Shown: positions 1 to 9,896, counted from the stretch's first letter. The stretch: DNA of 64,000 nt from an uncultured delta proteobacterium (GCA_963845145.1 CAWJQU010000005.1:896001-960000), one strand, 5' to 3'. Notes: generated from the letters alone by a model not told the origin. Translations and numbers: made by a program.

Positions 1-1417
1 ATTCGCCGGGAAGACAATGAACCGGAGGAAGGCTGGGGTCAAAATCAACCTCAATATTGGCATAGTGTTTCCATTCACTGGTCGCAACCTCAATGGTACT
101 CTGGATGGCACGATTGATATCGATGTCTGTTTTCTCCTTGGTTCCGGGATGGGAGAACTCTTTCATGGCCAGCACAATTTCGGAAATACGGTCAATGCCC
201 ACTTGAGATTGGCTGATCGCTGCAGGAATCTCTTCTGCCAGATATTCCCAATCAACTTCATCAACTTTTTGCTTCAAAGCCTCAACGAGGTCGTCGGTAA
301 CATGGTCGCTTTCGACGGCTATCAACAATTTTGAATGAAGATTGAAAAGCTGTACGAGGTCATCGAAAGCTTCCTCCAGAAAATGGGTATTATCACTGAC
401 GTATTGGGCCGGCGTGTTGATTTCGTGGGCGATGCCCGCCGCCAACTGACCGATGGCGGCCATCTTCTCGGATTGAACCAGTTGTTCACGCGTTCGATTT
501 AAATCATTGATCAGTTGTTCTTGTTTGCGGTTTACTTCCTCCAACTGGTTGGCCCATTGTTGTCGGTCGGTTATGTCGTTGAATAACACCGTGTGGCCTG
601 AAAATTTACGACTGACATCCAACATCCGTTCTACCTTCACATCATAAGTCTTCTCGCCTTCCGGTGTGGAAAGGGTCTTTTCCACTACCATTAAATTTTC
701 ATCCTGGGACATCAGATTCTCGATTTCATCCTGAAATACCGGTTGATCCATACTCGTGTGTTTTTCCGCATAATAGTGGGCACCGGATGTGCTATTACCC
801 AGCAATAGTCTTCCGGCGGCATTGTTATAATTGTCTAATATTCTGTCCTCATCGTACAAAAGGACGGGTGAGGCCAGGCTTTCAAAAATGGTCAGGTATT
901 TATTCTTTTCGTTCGTCAAACTCAGATTGGCGCTACTCAGCTCCTTAATTTGCGCTTCCGGCGCACTTCCAGCCCACTCGGTGCAATAGGCCACTTCGGT
1001 TCGATCAAAAAATCGTCTTATAAAAAGAGACACGACTACCGGGTTATTAAACGCGGTCGATTGTTCTATTAAATCGAGATAAGCTTGACGATAATATTTC
1101 ATCAAACCCAAAAACATGGCCAGATTTACGCCTCTTGCTCTGTGCCGCTTCGCTTCCAGAACGCCGAACTGCGCGCCTGGATAATCAATAAAATTTGTGT
1201 CCGGTGTTATCTCGGGCACGCGATCAGATTCTTTCAATGTCGTACTCATCGCCGTACTCAGCCCTTCAATGGACATTCGCCAGGCCTCTTTTAAGGTCGA
1301 TGTGTATTGGGTGTATTTCTGCCTTTCAGCATAGAAAAGAATGCGTTCCATCAACCACTCTTCGCTCAACGGTAACAGCGTTAGAATCCTATCCCGGTCA
1401 TGTGAGTCTATTTTCAT
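1..1417 (-). CDS. PAS-containing sensor histidine kinase, 3' end outside window
   Basis: Not in the ORF track because it runs off the edge. Manual translation from ATG 1417 (MKIDSHDRDRIL...) is open to position 2 and includes the H-box SEKMAAIGQLAAGIAHEINTPAQY and ISEIVLAMKEFSHPG. Confidence 0.9.
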   Translation of the reverse strand, partial: MKIDSHDRDRILTLLPLSEEWLMERILFYAERQKYTQYTSTLKEAWRMSIEGLSTAMSTTLKESDRVPEITPDTNFIDYPGAQFGVLEAKRHRARGVNLAMFLGLMKYYRQAYLDLIEQSTAFNNPVVVSLFIRRFFDRTEVAYCTEWAGSAPEAQIKELSSANLSLTNEKNKYLTIFESLASPVLLYDEDRILDNYNNAAGRLLLGNSTSGAHYYAEKHTSMDQPVFQDEIENLMSQDENLMVVEKTLSTPEGEKTYDVKVERMLDVSRKFSGHTVLFNDITDRQQWANQLEEVNRKQEQLINDLNRTREQLVQSEKMAAIGQLAAGIAHEINTPAQYVSDNTHFLEEAFDDLVQLFNLHSKLLIAVESDHVTDDLVEALKQKVDEVDWEYLAEEIPAAISQSQVGIDRISEIVLAMKEFSHPGTKEKTDIDINRAIQSTIEVATSEWKHYANIEVDFDPSLPPVHCLPGE

Positions 1418-1627
1418 GATACTCTCTTCTCTCTATGCTTTTAGGAGGGCGCTTAATAATCTATTTTGGTAAAGTGTCTGACGAAAAAAAATCGTCTTAG
1501 GAACCTGATTGGGTTCGGTTAATTATATTTTCGGTATTTTTCCCATAAACTTTAATCCGCTTAATCAGGAAAAAGTTAAATATTGACTTGAAAACAACCA
1601 ATGTAATAAAGAGCATATATAGAATCG

Positions 1628-1645
1628 TATTCTGCATACAGAATA
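1628..1645. promoter_or_regulatory. Palindromic operator candidate upstream of the iclR operon
   Basis: TATTCTG-CATA-CAGAATA, perfect 7-bp arms, about 33 bp upstream of the IclR start. Confidence 0.55.
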
Positions 1646-1678
1646 ATTTTTTCATTTTTTTACTGTGAGAAAATCCTC

Positions 1679-2488
1679 ATGGTCACACAAGTCAAACGAT
1701 CCAAATATAGTCCCGTCGTACCCGCTGTGGATCAGGCTTCCAGGGTCTTGATATGCCTGGGAAATAACCCCCAACACAAAATGTCACTCACGGAAATCTG
1801 CAATAGCGTGGGGATCCACAAAAGCAAAGGGTACTCGATTCTCCATACATTGATGAACTATGGCTTTATCGAAAAGGACCTGAAGTCAAAAACCTATTGC
1901 CTTGGGGTGGGCCTCTTGTTTTTATCGCGGAATGTTCTCGACAATCTGAACCTGCGGGAGATCAGCGAACCCTTTCTGGAAGCGTTGGCTCTGGCCACCG
2001 AAAATACGGCCCTGTTCTGCCTCATCAGCGCCGATCAGGTATTCACAGTGGCAAAGCGCGAAAGCAATCAGAGTTTTGGTGTCACCATCCGGTTAGGACA
2101 CCGCTTTCACATTACCTGGGGTGCTCACGGCAAAGCCATTGTAGCCCATCTACCGAAACGAGATCGGGAAGCGCTTCTTAAAAGGGACCGACTCTATTTT
2201 TATGGCGAAAGCCACCCCTTAGACTTAAAAAAATTATCCGCTGAATTAGATGAAAGTCGAAAAAATGGCTATGCCGTTGATATCGGACAACTCAGCCCAG
2301 GCATCAATGCCTTAAGTTCACCGGTATTCGGACCAGATCAACGGTTAATCGGCTGTATTGTCTTAGTGGGAACCTTCGGCGAGCGGCGGGTGGAGCATTA
2401 TGGCGCCCTCATTGCCGAGACAGCCATTGAAATGTCTGCAAAACTCGGTGCAAACGCCCAGATGCTTTACCCATGCCTAAGGGAATAA
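1679..2488 (+). CDS. IclR family transcriptional regulator
   Basis: N-terminal wHTH (SLTEICNSVGIHKSKGYSILHTL); effector-domain motifs GAHGKAIVAH and GYAVD...GINALSSPVFG. Confidence 0.93.
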   Translation: MVTQVKRSKYSPVVPAVDQASRVLICLGNNPQHKMSLTEICNSVGIHKSKGYSILHTLMNYGFIEKDLKSKTYCLGVGLLFLSRNVLDNLNLREISEPFLEALALATENTALFCLISADQVFTVAKRESNQSFGVTIRLGHRFHITWGAHGKAIVAHLPKRDREALLKRDRLYFYGESHPLDLKKLSAELDESRKNGYAVDIGQLSPGINALSSPVFGPDQRLIGCIVLVGTFGERRVEHYGALIAETAIEMSAKLGANAQMLYPCLRE

Positions 2489-2493
2489 AATCC

Positions 2494-4662
2494 ATGCCTA
2501 ATTTTGTCCATTCCAATATCGAAAAAGAGGTGTCGGTCTACAACTACGATGCCGTCGTGAAGAGCCATTGCCGCATGTGCCATGGCGGTTGCGGCGTCTT
2601 GATCTATCTGAAAGATGAAAAGGTGGCCAAAATCGCCGGGGATCCAGACTGCCCCATCAATCACGGCAGTTTATGCAGTAAGGGGCTCGCTTCGGCCCAA
2701 ATGGCCTACCATCCGGACCGGCTCACCTATCCGGTAAAACGTGTCGGCGCCAAAGGAAGTGGGAAGTGGGCGCGCATCTCCTGGGATGAGGCGCTGGACA
2801 CCATTGCTGGCCGCATCCTGGATTATAAATCGCGGTTCGGTGCGGAGTCCATTGTCATGGGGTACGGCACCGGGCGGGAAAATGAGGCGGCCATCTACCG
2901 CTTTGCCAACTTACTTGGTTCACCCAATGTGCTGACGGCGGGTCACTTCTGTTATGGCCCCCGTATCGCCACGAGCATTATCACCTGCGGCACCAACCCC
3001 ATTGTAGATTACGAAAATAACCCCAAATGCATCATGGTTTGGGGCAATAATGTGGTCATCAGCAATCCCGACTGCTACAAGGGTGAACCGTTTTCCAACA
3101 GCCTGAAAAAGGGCGCCAAGTTGATTACGATAGACCCGCGACTCACCCGTATTGCCGCCCGCTCTGACATCTGGCTCCCTTTAAGGCCCGGAACCGATGC
3201 CGCTCTGGCGTTCGGCATGCTGCATGTGATCATCGAAGAAAAACTTTATGACCATGAATTTGTAAAAAACCATGTGTTTGGGTGGGAGCCTTTTGTCGAA
3301 CGGGTTCGCCAATTTCCTCCAGACAAGGTGGAAGCGATCACCTGGGTGCCCAAAGAAAAAATCGCTGCGGCCGCACGGTTGTTTGCCACCACCAAGCCCG
3401 CCGCCATTCAGTGGGGCGTGGCCATTGAACAACAAAATACGTGTGCGGATAACGACCGCCTGCTCATGGCACTGATGGGATTGACCGGGAACATTGACGT
3501 GCCGGGCGGCCAGGTTTTTTTTCAGCAGCCCAAAATACGCAATGTGGGACAATTTGGCGCCCACCGCCAACTGCCCGATGTGCAACGGGATAAACGCTTG
3601 GGTGGAGACCGGTTCCGTTTGGCGGACAACTTTGCCATTATCAACCCAAAATGTGTCTGGGATGCCATCATCGATGAAAAACCATACCCGGTTAAAATGC
3701 TCTTTTTTATCAGTTCCAATCCGGTTATCACCCGGGCCAATGCCAAGGAGGTCTACCGGGCCTTGGAGAAAGTGCCTTTCATGGCCGTTTCGGATTTTTT
3801 CATGACACCAACGGCAGAGCTCGCCGATATCGTCCTGCCGGCAGCCACCTGGCTAGAGATGGACTATATCGGGGATTACTGGAAACGACACGGCTACCTC
3901 CTGCCCCGCCGCAAAGCCATCCAGGTAGGTGAGTGCCGCAGCGATCATCAGATGCTCAACGATCTGGGCCGCCGCGTGGGCCAGGAAGAACATTGGTGGG
4001 AAGATTTCGAACAGGCCCTGGATTGGATTTTAGAACCATCCGGCATCACCTGGCAGGAATTTAAACAGATGGATTATCTTCGCGGCAAAGTCGTCGCCTT
4101 AAAGTACAAAGAGCGGGGCTTTTCGACCCGGTCTCGTAAATTTGAGCTATACTCGAGCTCCCTGGAAGCCTGGAATTACGACCCGTTGCCCCAATACCGC
4201 GAACCACCCGAAAGCCCCATCAGTACGCCGGAATTATTTGAAACGTATCCCTACATATTAATTACCGGGAGAAGGCAACCCGGCTTTTTCCACTCGGAAA
4301 ACCGCCAGGTTCCCTGGCTACGTGAATTGCACCGGGATCCGGTGGTGGAGATCCATCCCGATGCCGCCGAAAAAGAGGGTATCAAAGAGGGGCGATGGGT
4401 CTATATTGAATCACCCCGGGGCCGCATTCGACAGCGGGCCAAATTCTTTGAAGGCATGGATCCGAGGATTGTCAGCGCGGAACATGGATGGTGGTTTCCG
4501 GAAAAAGAATCGCCCGGTCACGGTTGGGCTGAATCCAATATCAATATCCTCACCGACAACCGCTATGAATCCTGCGACCCCGCCATGGGGGCCACCCCGG
4601 TGCGCACCTTGTTGTGTCGCATTACCCCGGTACCGGAAGAAGAGGTGTCCCGTGACGAATAA
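2494..4662 (+). CDS. Mo/W-bisPGD oxidoreductase catalytic subunit, acetylene-hydratase-like subfamily, cytoplasmic
   Basis: CRMCHGGC...LCSKG 4Fe-4S motif; RFANLLGSPN-x6-FC; RPGTDAA; FMTPTAELADIVLPAATWLE; C-terminal HGWWFPE; no TAT signal. ATG 2494 follows AAGGGA. Confidence 0.88.
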   Translation: MPNFVHSNIEKEVSVYNYDAVVKSHCRMCHGGCGVLIYLKDEKVAKIAGDPDCPINHGSLCSKGLASAQMAYHPDRLTYPVKRVGAKGSGKWARISWDEALDTIAGRILDYKSRFGAESIVMGYGTGRENEAAIYRFANLLGSPNVLTAGHFCYGPRIATSIITCGTNPIVDYENNPKCIMVWGNNVVISNPDCYKGEPFSNSLKKGAKLITIDPRLTRIAARSDIWLPLRPGTDAALAFGMLHVIIEEKLYDHEFVKNHVFGWEPFVERVRQFPPDKVEAITWVPKEKIAAAARLFATTKPAAIQWGVAIEQQNTCADNDRLLMALMGLTGNIDVPGGQVFFQQPKIRNVGQFGAHRQLPDVQRDKRLGGDRFRLADNFAIINPKCVWDAIIDEKPYPVKMLFFISSNPVITRANAKEVYRALEKVPFMAVSDFFMTPTAELADIVLPAATWLEMDYIGDYWKRHGYLLPRRKAIQVGECRSDHQMLNDLGRRVGQEEHWWEDFEQALDWILEPSGITWQEFKQMDYLRGKVVALKYKERGFSTRSRKFELYSSSLEAWNYDPLPQYREPPESPISTPELFETYPYILITGRRQPGFFHSENRQVPWLRELHRDPVVEIHPDAAEKEGIKEGRWVYIESPRGRIRQRAKFFEGMDPRIVSAEHGWWFPEKESPGHGWAESNINILTDNRYESCDPAMGATPVRTLLCRITPVPEEEVSRDE

Positions 4663-5137
4663 AGCACAAAAGAAGAAAAGACTGACCATTGATCACTTCG
4701 AATGCTGGGGATGTAAGGCCTGTGAGGTGGCCTGTAAGCAGGAACACCATGCACCCAGCGATGTCAAACTGATAGAAGTGACCGAAGATGGACCGCGAAT
4801 GGTCGCAGGCCGCCCCTATTTCGAATACCGTGTCCGTGTTTGCCGACATTGCGACGATCCACCCTGTGCCGCGGAATGCCCGGTGGAAGCCATTGTTCAG
4901 CGACCGGACCATATGGTCATCTTAGATACGGCCGAATGTATCGGATGCGAGGCCTGTATCGACGCCTGCCCTTACGATGCCATCCGATTTGACCCGGAGG
5001 AGGGCGTCGCCCGAAAATGCAATCTATGCCACGACCGGGTTGATCAGGGTCTGGTACCGGCCTGTGCAGACAATATCTGCCTGGCCAAATGCATTCAATT
5101 TTCATCGAGCGCGGAACCCGTTAACCGTCATGGATAA
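4652..5137 (+). CDS. 4Fe-4S ferredoxin-type electron transfer subunit (DmsB/NrfC-like)
   Basis: Four Cys clusters (CWGCKACEVAC, CRHCDDPPC..ECP, CIGCEACIDACP, CNLC...PAC). GTG 4652 with AGAGG RBS overlaps the end of the upstream gene. Confidence 0.9.
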   Translation: MTNKAQKKKRLTIDHFECWGCKACEVACKQEHHAPSDVKLIEVTEDGPRMVAGRPYFEYRVRVCRHCDDPPCAAECPVEAIVQRPDHMVILDTAECIGCEACIDACPYDAIRFDPEEGVARKCNLCHDRVDQGLVPACADNICLAKCIQFSSSAEPVNRHG

Positions 5138-5151
5138 ATAAGGAGATCGGT

Positions 5152-6447
5152 ATGTATTGGGATGAAAGTATCGAAACCATGTCCAGCGAGGAGATGCGCG
5201 CGCGCCAGAGTACCGAACTAAAAAAAGCGGTTTCTTATGCTTACAATCAGGTGGCCTTTTATAAGGAGCGGTTCGACGAAGCCGGTATAAAACCCGACGA
5301 TATTAATAGTCTAGATGATATCATTCGATTGCCTTTCACAGTTAAAGCGGATTTAAGGGATCAGTATCCCTATGGATTGTGCGCGGTGCCCACCAGCGAG
5401 ATCCAGCGCCTGCATGCATCTTCCGGCACTACCGGTAAGCCCACGCCCGTCTTTAATACACGCACCGATCTGAAGAATTGGTCCCGTTGTATGGCCCGCA
5501 ATCTGACCATGGCCGGTGTCCGCAAAGAGGACATCTGCCAGATCGCCTTTAAATATACCCTTTTTACCGGTGCTTTCGGTCACCACCTCGGGGCAGAGAC
5601 CATCGGGGCCATGATTATTCCCACCAGTTCCGGCCAAACCGAACGTCAAGTCATGATGATGCGGGATTTTAAAGCGACGGTTTTGCATTGCACACCGTCC
5701 TATGCCATCACCATTACGGAAAAAATGGTCCAAATGGGGATCAGCCGGAAAGACCTCAACTTACGTATCGGTATCCATGGTGCCGAACCCATGTCTGAAT
5801 CGCTGCGCGGCGAGATAGAAGAGAAACTCGGATCCACAGCCTTAGGTGATTATGGTCTGACCGAACTCGGCGGGCCGGGTGTCTCCATTGAGTGCCCAAG
5901 TAAAACCGGCTACCATATTAATGAAGACTTCTTTTACCCGGAAATTATCAGCCCGGAAACACTAAAGCCGATACCGGACGGCGAAATCGGCGAACTGGTG
6001 TTGACCCCGCTTAAAAAAGAGGGCATGCCCATCCTTCGATACCGAACCCGAGACATCACCCGGCTTCATCGCGGCACTTGCGCCTGTGGCCGGACGCTTG
6101 TACGCCACGATCCTATCCTGGGTCGAACGGATGATATGCTCAATATCAGTGGGGTGAATGTGTTCCCATCCCAGCTGGAAAGCCTGCTCCTGCAGTTTGA
6201 AGAAGTCAGCTCCCACTATCTTATTCGATTGACGGCTGAAAACCGGCGCGATCGCATCACGGTGGAAATTGAGCCCTCTTCGAAACGACCCTTTTCCGAT
6301 AAACCGGATCAAAACGCAGGTATAGAGAATAAAATGGCCGCCCGCGTCAAGGACCTGATCGGCATTTCCATTGGCGTAAAACTGGTGGCACCGAACACGA
6401 TACCTCGCTCGGAAGGCAAAGCTGTCCGGGTGGTCGACCAACGCTGA
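5152..6447 (+). CDS. paaK: Phenylacetate-CoA ligase family (PaaK-like) aryl-acid CoA ligase
   Basis: HASSGTTGKPT, GAEP, YGLTELGGPGV, PILRYRTRDIT, GRTDDML..GVNVFPSQLE, EGKAVRVVD; AGGAG RBS. Exact substrate uncertain. Confidence 0.85.
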   Translation: MYWDESIETMSSEEMRARQSTELKKAVSYAYNQVAFYKERFDEAGIKPDDINSLDDIIRLPFTVKADLRDQYPYGLCAVPTSEIQRLHASSGTTGKPTPVFNTRTDLKNWSRCMARNLTMAGVRKEDICQIAFKYTLFTGAFGHHLGAETIGAMIIPTSSGQTERQVMMMRDFKATVLHCTPSYAITITEKMVQMGISRKDLNLRIGIHGAEPMSESLRGEIEEKLGSTALGDYGLTELGGPGVSIECPSKTGYHINEDFFYPEIISPETLKPIPDGEIGELVLTPLKKEGMPILRYRTRDITRLHRGTCACGRTLVRHDPILGRTDDMLNISGVNVFPSQLESLLLQFEEVSSHYLIRLTAENRRDRITVEIEPSSKRPFSDKPDQNAGIENKMAARVKDLIGISIGVKLVAPNTIPRSEGKAVRVVDQR

Positions 6448-6470
6448 TTCGCTTCATTTTTCTGAACCCT

Positions 6471-7529
6471 ATGATATTTAACCTTACAGTCATCATCCCC
6501 GCTCTCAACGAACAGGGGCCGCTCCCTCTCTTACTTGCGGATCTGCGCGCTCAAAAAAACGTAAACCTTGAAATCATCATCGCCGATGGTGGTTCCACGG
6601 ATGATACCCTGAATCGGGCTCACCCGTTTAACCCTATCATTGTAAAATCGCCCCGCGGAAGGGCAAGACAATTAAATGCGGGGTTCGGGAAGGCAACCGG
6701 CAACAACCTTCTTTTCTTGCATGCGGACACGCGAATCAAAAACCCCGATCTATTAATAAATGCCCTCGAGCACTGGCGGATCGCCCTTGTCAAAGCCGGG
6801 CATGATCGGGTTGCCGGACACTTCCCACTAAGATTCATGCGCACCACACCAGGTAACAACAAGTCTTTTAAGTACGCTGAATGCAAAACACATTTTAACC
6901 GGATAAATACCACTAACGGTGACCAAGGCTTTTTATTGAGGCGTTCTTTTTTTGAAGATCTAGGGAAATTCGATGAGCGCCAACATTTTTTGGAAGATCA
7001 GAGATTGGCCGAAAAGATAAGGGGCCGGGGGACGTGGATCACTCTACCCGGACATATATACACTTCCAGCCGCCGTTTCGAAGCCGAAGGGTTTCATCGC
7101 CGGTACATTCTGATGGGTATGCTCATGGCGCTATACAGCACCGGACGTCCGGAATTTTTTAAACGTGCAAAGGCGATTTACGCCAACCAGGACGAAACAG
7201 GTCATCTACAGCTAAAACCCTATTTTGGAGCGGCCATCAAGATGTTTGTTTATGATCTGGGATTTTCAAAAAGCATTCGCGCCTGGTTATACATCGGTCG
7301 CTATATCCGCCAAAACTCATGGCAGATGTTTTATTTCTTCGATATTTTGTTTGGGACTGATGAGAAAAACAGAGACTACCCGTTTCTTGAATTTCACGAC
7401 AAATATTTTTGGCCCCTAACCAACAACACCGTCTGTGACGCACTCAATACATTGATTTCGTTCTTCTGGTTTATACTCGTTCTGGCACCCTATTTTTTGG
7501 TTGTCGACACCCTCCGGCCAAATGGTTGA
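6471..7529 (+). CDS. Family 2 glycosyltransferase (rSAM/selenodomain-associated transferase 2-like)
   Basis: VIIPALNE, ADGGSTDDT, GRARQLNAG, LLFLHADT, GDQG, ED, TSSRRF. Confidence 0.85.
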   Translation: MIFNLTVIIPALNEQGPLPLLLADLRAQKNVNLEIIIADGGSTDDTLNRAHPFNPIIVKSPRGRARQLNAGFGKATGNNLLFLHADTRIKNPDLLINALEHWRIALVKAGHDRVAGHFPLRFMRTTPGNNKSFKYAECKTHFNRINTTNGDQGFLLRRSFFEDLGKFDERQHFLEDQRLAEKIRGRGTWITLPGHIYTSSRRFEAEGFHRRYILMGMLMALYSTGRPEFFKRAKAIYANQDETGHLQLKPYFGAAIKMFVYDLGFSKSIRAWLYIGRYIRQNSWQMFYFFDILFGTDEKNRDYPFLEFHDKYFWPLTNNTVCDALNTLISFFWFILVLAPYFLVVDTLRPNG

Positions 7530-7801
7530 ATAAGAGCCTGCTCGTCGGTTAATAGACATTTTTTTAAACCCGCCTGTCCCTAGCGATTAAATCAAGATCC
7601 AACATGGATAAATTCTGACAAATAGGCTAATGGGTTGTTAGAAAAGAACTGAAATGATTCAATGGTCGATCGGGTTGCGCCGTAAGATAAGCCTTTAGGA
7701 TTGCGCCAATCGGCCGATAATAGATATCCGAGCTAATTTCAAAACGTTTCGGGTTATTCAAGACAATTTAATGGTCGGGGACTCCGCCTAAGGACGCACA
7801 A

Positions 7802-9226
7802 ATGGCACTAAAAACAAAAATCATCGCCACAATCGGGCCTTCTTCGAAAGATCGGCATATTTTAGAAAAAATGGTATCAGCCGGTGTTAATATCGCTCGT
7901 CTAAATTTTTCCCACGGTAGTTACGAAGACCATGCGGAAGTTATTCGCACCCTACGCTCGATCTCGCGCAGTATGAATCAACCCATCGGTATTCTCATTG
8001 ATTTGCAGGGACCAAAAATAAGGATCGGCAAGCTAATGAACGGGGGCCCCCTTCGGTTGAAAGATGGGGCCGATTTTAGCATAACGACCGACAATATTGT
8101 GGGCGATGTAACCTGTGTCTCGACCACTTACACGCATTTACCCCAAGACGTATCTGTCAATGATACCATCCTTGTAGATGACGGCCTTATCCGGCTTAAA
8201 GTCATATCCGTCACCAACAACAAGGTTAAATGCGCTGTGGTCAACGGTGGCACCCTCATGCAAAATAAAGGTATCAATCTGCCCGGCGTATCTGTCTCAG
8301 CACCTTCCTTAACAGATAAAGATAAACGCGATGTCTCATTTGGTATTAAGAACAACGTAGACTATTTTGCGCTCTCTTTTGTACGACGGGCTGAAGATCT
8401 TATGGATATCAAAGCGATACTTAAGCGCCAGGGAAGCCATATTCCTGTTATAGCCAAGATCGAAAAACCCGAAGCCGTCGATAACCTCGAGGGCATCTTG
8501 GAGCATACGGATGCCGTCATGGTAGCCCGCGGGGATCTGGGTGTGGAGATGAAACCCGAGTTTGTCCCTACCATTCAAAAAGATATCATTGGTCGGTGTC
8601 GAAAAAATAACATACCAGTTATAACCGCCACGCAGATGCTTGAAACGATGAGCGTCAATCCGATTCCCACCCGCGCGGAATCATCAGATGTAGCCAATGC
8701 CATTTTCGACGGGACCGACGCCGTCATGCTTTCAGGGGAAACCGCTTCGGGAAAATATCCTGTAGAGGCGGTAAAAATGATGGCCAAGATCGCCCGAAAT
8801 GGTGAAAATTCCCCCTTTATGACGTATAACATTCAATACGAATCCGACCTAAAAGATCCCATCACTCATGCCATCGCTCAATCCGCCGTTAATATTTTGC
8901 ATGAAATTAATGCCAAATGTATTGTCGCGTTCTCCGTATCGGGCAGTACTTCAAAACAGATCTCTAAGCAACGACCATCAAGGCCTGTCTATGCCTTTAC
9001 ATCGAAAGCAGCCACGTACAACCAGTTAGCCTTGCTCTGGGGAATTACCCCGATGTACATCCCCAAAATCAACGGTGCTGAGCGTTTGATATCCGGTAGC
9101 GAACACCTTTTGATGTCCAAGAATTACATAAAAAAAGGAGACCTTATCGTTATTGTGATCGGCATGGGGTTAAAAGAGGGCAGTACTAATATGGTTAAAA
9201 TACATCGGGTAGGGCACATGGATTGA
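7802..9226 (+). CDS. pyk: Pyruvate kinase
   Basis: TKIIATIGPSS, RLNFSHG, DLQGPKIR, IAKIE, VMVARGDLGVE, ATQMLE, DAVMLSGETASG. Confidence 0.97.
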   Translation: MALKTKIIATIGPSSKDRHILEKMVSAGVNIARLNFSHGSYEDHAEVIRTLRSISRSMNQPIGILIDLQGPKIRIGKLMNGGPLRLKDGADFSITTDNIVGDVTCVSTTYTHLPQDVSVNDTILVDDGLIRLKVISVTNNKVKCAVVNGGTLMQNKGINLPGVSVSAPSLTDKDKRDVSFGIKNNVDYFALSFVRRAEDLMDIKAILKRQGSHIPVIAKIEKPEAVDNLEGILEHTDAVMVARGDLGVEMKPEFVPTIQKDIIGRCRKNNIPVITATQMLETMSVNPIPTRAESSDVANAIFDGTDAVMLSGETASGKYPVEAVKMMAKIARNGENSPFMTYNIQYESDLKDPITHAIAQSAVNILHEINAKCIVAFSVSGSTSKQISKQRPSRPVYAFTSKAATYNQLALLWGITPMYIPKINGAERLISGSEHLLMSKNYIKKGDLIVIVIGMGLKEGSTNMVKIHRVGHMD

Positions 9227-9359
9227 AAAAGATTCACTGAAGCCAGCCTAGTCAATAGGCCAACAGGCCAACAATATGCATTATCAACCAAAACAACCAG
9301 GGCTGTTAAAAATACCGCTTACCCTAAGGCAATACCTCTACAAGGTGATTCGCTTCCCA

Positions 9360-9896
9360 TTAAATCCAAAATTCCGGATAGCGCCGTTTTTTAGAAATAT
9401 TGTTTATCAGAAGGGCGACCACAAGCATTATAAGCGCGCCAAGGCCTGCGGGCATAATGACGTACAGATATCCCAGACTGTGTATTTTTTCGCTCCCGAT
9501 AACCGCAATGAGCGCCGTGGCGCCACCTGGTGGGTGCAGGGTTTTGGTCGCATGCATTACAGCAATGGCCGTGGCGACTGCAATCGATGATGCCAGCCAC
9601 ATGTGACCGGGAAATAATTTGTAAGAACTGACACCGATGATGGCTGAAAGTATGTGCCCGCCTATGAGATTTCGCGGTTGCGCCAGGGGACTTTTAATGG
9701 CGCCGTAGACGAGTACCGCGGAAGCCCCGAATGACCCGATTATCATCACCAGATCGGTATCCGCCAAAAAATTATCGTGTGTATATGCGACAGCGAAGAT
9801 TCCCACAAACGCGCCTATCCAAGACCAGATAATTTCGGAAAGATTTACCGCCGGAGGACTCTTGGTCGTCCCTCTCATCTTATTAAAAAAATCCAC
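9360..9896 (-). CDS. HPP family membrane protein
   Basis: SFGASAVLVYG, SPLAQPRN..GGH, LHPPGGATAL. Confidence 0.92.
   Translation of the reverse strand: MDFFNKMRGTTKSPPAVNLSEIIWSWIGAFVGIFAVAYTHDNFLADTDLVMIIGSFGASAVLVYGAIKSPLAQPRNLIGGHILSAIIGVSSYKLFPGHMWLASSIAVATAIAVMHATKTLHPPGGATALIAVIGSEKIHSLGYLYVIMPAGLGALIMLVVALLINNISKKRRYPEFWI

Noticed and set aside
4322..4651. N-terminal extension of the ferredoxin ORF (likewise ORF-track starts at 16630, 17759, 31471, 62328)
   Set aside because: These extensions overlap other genes or lack family similarity; downstream starts fit the RBS and domain boundaries better.
2494..4662. Calling the molybdoenzyme acetylene hydratase
   Set aside because: The catalytic Asp position is His, and it has a dedicated Fe-S partner and a CoA ligase neighbour; only the subfamily is supported.
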